Shown: positions 62,506-64,000 of the stretch, piece after piece
Position numbering within the stretch: the first letter of the stretch is position 1
How the letters are laid out: each line of letters opens with the position of its first letter
DNA from: Phycisphaerae bacterium
GTDB taxonomy: Bacteria > Planctomycetota > Phycisphaerae > SM23-33
NCBI GenBank assembly: GCA_049975485.1
Contig: JBNGDC010000001.1
Span: 144,996 to 208,995 of the forward strand
Direction of reading: 5' to 3'
Length of the DNA: 64,000 nucleotides
The notes under the pieces: model-generated
Told to the model about the DNA's origin: nothing
Database searches by the model: none
The model's input: only the letters and a program-made list of their open reading frames with translations
Program-made: the position numbers and the translations under genes

Positions 62506-63438
62506 ATGACTGCCACGACAGAGCAGCACCGCAGTACGGACGCCCCGCGATGGTGGACGAGTCTGGACCTGGGTCAGAAAGAGCTTTACCGCCGGATTCC
62601 CGACGAGATGGAATACGTTTACCATCCGAGCTTTTCTCTGCCGCAGGCGGAGGAGCGGTTGTTCGGCGAACAGGCCGAGCACATCCCGGTGCCCCGATGG
62701 ACTTATTTCCCAGAGGGAACGGACGAATCGCCGCCGCAGACCGTCGAGCGGACCACGCTTACCAGGGAGCACGAACAGACGCTGTTCCTGCGCTACAACT
62801 ACGCCCGCTACCGGCTGAGCAAGCTCATCGAAGCCCAGAACCGTCGCCGGTCGGGCAACCGCGCCCAGGCGATGGTCCTGTGGTACCGGCGGGTGCGGAA
62901 ATGCCGCAGCGACCTGGTAAGGGCGAACATGGCGCTGGTGCTGGCGATGGCCAAGCGCGCCAGGGTTACCAACGTGGAGTTCACCGAGCTGGTCTCGGAG
63001 GGCAACATGGCGTTGCTCCGCGCGATAAACAAGTTCGACGTCTCCCGCGGCTACAAATTCTCGACGTATGCCTGCCGGGCGATTCTCAAGAGCTTCAACC
63101 GCCTCGGCAAGAAGGCCGGCAGATACCGGCAGTTCTTCCCTGTGGAATTCGAGCCGGAGTTTGAGAAGTCCGACGAGGCCGAGCGCAATCATGAGCGGCA
63201 TTGGTCGGATTCGGTCGAGGCGGTTCAGGATATCCTGGCGAGCAACGGGGCGCGGCTCAGCGAGCTGGAGCGGACGGTGGTTACCGAACGGTTCGCAATC
63301 GGCTCAGGCGGAAAAGGCCGCACGCTCGCGCAGATAGGCGATATGGTCGGTCTGACCAATGAGCGCATCCGCCAGATACAGAACGCCGCGCTGGACAAGA
63401 TCCGCCTGGCGCTTACGGAGGACTACCTGGCCGCGTGA
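62506..63438 (+). CDS. RNA polymerase sigma factor, sigma-70 family (paralog of 55044-55982)
   Basis: LVLAMAKRARVTNVEFTELVSEGNMALLRAINKFDVSRGYKFSTYACRAILKSF and TLAQIGDMVGLTNERIRQIQNAALDKIR. AAGGGAGG RBS. Confidence 0.75.
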   Translation: MTATTEQHRSTDAPRWWTSLDLGQKELYRRIPDEMEYVYHPSFSLPQAEERLFGEQAEHIPVPRWTYFPEGTDESPPQTVERTTLTREHEQTLFLRYNYARYRLSKLIEAQNRRRSGNRAQAMVLWYRRVRKCRSDLVRANMALVLAMAKRARVTNVEFTELVSEGNMALLRAINKFDVSRGYKFSTYACRAILKSFNRLGKKAGRYRQFFPVEFEPEFEKSDEAERNHERHWSDSVEAVQDILASNGARLSELERTVVTERFAIGSGGKGRTLAQIGDMVGLTNERIRQIQNAALDKIRLALTEDYLAA

Positions 63439-63520
63439 TGACCTTGCCGCCCGGGCGCTGACCGGACGGATAACCATAACAGGCCCGTCGCCGAGTGCGG
63501 CGGGCCTGTGCTTTTATGGG

Positions 63521-64000
63521 TCAGAGATGCGGTTCCCCATCGTCCATCAGGTTGAGCCATTCAGCCAGACGCCGGCGCCGCAGACGGTAGGCCTCCAGTA
63601 ATGCATCAGCGGTTTCTTCGATGGTTCGATTGTTGTTGGTGTACGGATCCCGGCGGGTCGCATCGTTGACCGTCTCCACCCATTTCCCTGGTACACGAGC
63701 GATTCCCGCGAGCGCACCGGCCAGTCCGCCGGCGACGGCCGCTATGCAGTCCGTGTCTCGTCCGAAGTTTACCGCCGCGACTATGGTTTCCTCGGGATCG
63801 CCACCAGCCACCGCAAAAATCGCCACTCCCTTGCAGACAACCTCGTTTGCCTGCGACATGCCGTAAGTTACGTGGGGGCCTCCGTAGTAGTGCTCGGCGA
63901 AGCGGTCTCGCAGCGCCCGCCAGTCGGTACACTCCCGGGACCATTCCAGGGCCCGGCCGAGTTCATCGCTGATAGTGTCGTAACGGGCGTAGAGCCCGCC
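63521..64000 (-). CDS. ADP-ribosylglycohydrolase family protein (partial; N-terminus beyond the window end)
   Basis: NFGRDTDCIAAVAGGLAGALAG is the hallmark motif. The reading frame stays open to coordinate 64000 (YYGGPHVTYGMSQANE...). Confidence 0.6.
   Translation of the reverse strand, partial: GGLYARYDTISDELGRALEWSRECTDWRALRDRFAEHYYGGPHVTYGMSQANEVVCKGVAIFAVAGGDPEETIVAAVNFGRDTDCIAAVAGGLAGALAGIARVPGKWVETVNDATRRDPYTNNNRTIEETADALLEAYRLRRRRLAEWLNLMDDGEPHL

Overview
This is a high-GC (about 65%) chromosomal segment with dense coding on both strands. It most likely comes from a Planctomycetota-like organism. The evidence is the prepilin-leader and DUF1559-like proteins, the CxPxR sulfatase, the GH29 and GH35 glycosidases, and a bacterial microcompartment (BMC) shell gene. 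I call about 60 protein genes and one tRNA-Val.

Housekeeping blocks are priA; pheA-tpiA-secG; yicC-gmk-rpoZ-coaC-[hicA-hicB]-coaB; xseB-xseA; a gcvT-family gene; two tandem cold-shock genes with conserved long leaders; and two paralogous sigma-70-family factors.

Accessory or unusual content, in order of interest:
1. A minus-strand cluster that couples an RnfC/PduS-like Fe-S flavoprotein, a tandem-BMC (PduT-like) shell protein, an unassigned 248-aa protein, MetF, and a divergent ThyA-family enzyme.
2. A hicAB toxin-antitoxin pair sitting between separately encoded coaC and coaB.
3. A low-GC two-gene restriction-modification island (alpha-class amino-MTase plus a PD-(D/E)xK nuclease).
4. SecG carrying a chitobiase-C-like C-terminal extension.
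5. Tandem DUF4190/DUF1559-like membrane protein paralogs.
6. A 33-aa Lys/Ala-rich histone-H1-like micro-gene with its own RBS and terminator.
7. Several families of short tandem intergenic repeats (AGGCARY heptads, TGGTTRAY octamers, a 34-bp nested-hairpin repeat) and multi-hairpin intergenic RNAs.

I see no CRISPR array, transposase or integrase. Many long ORFs in the supplied track are antisense GC-artifacts and were rejected.
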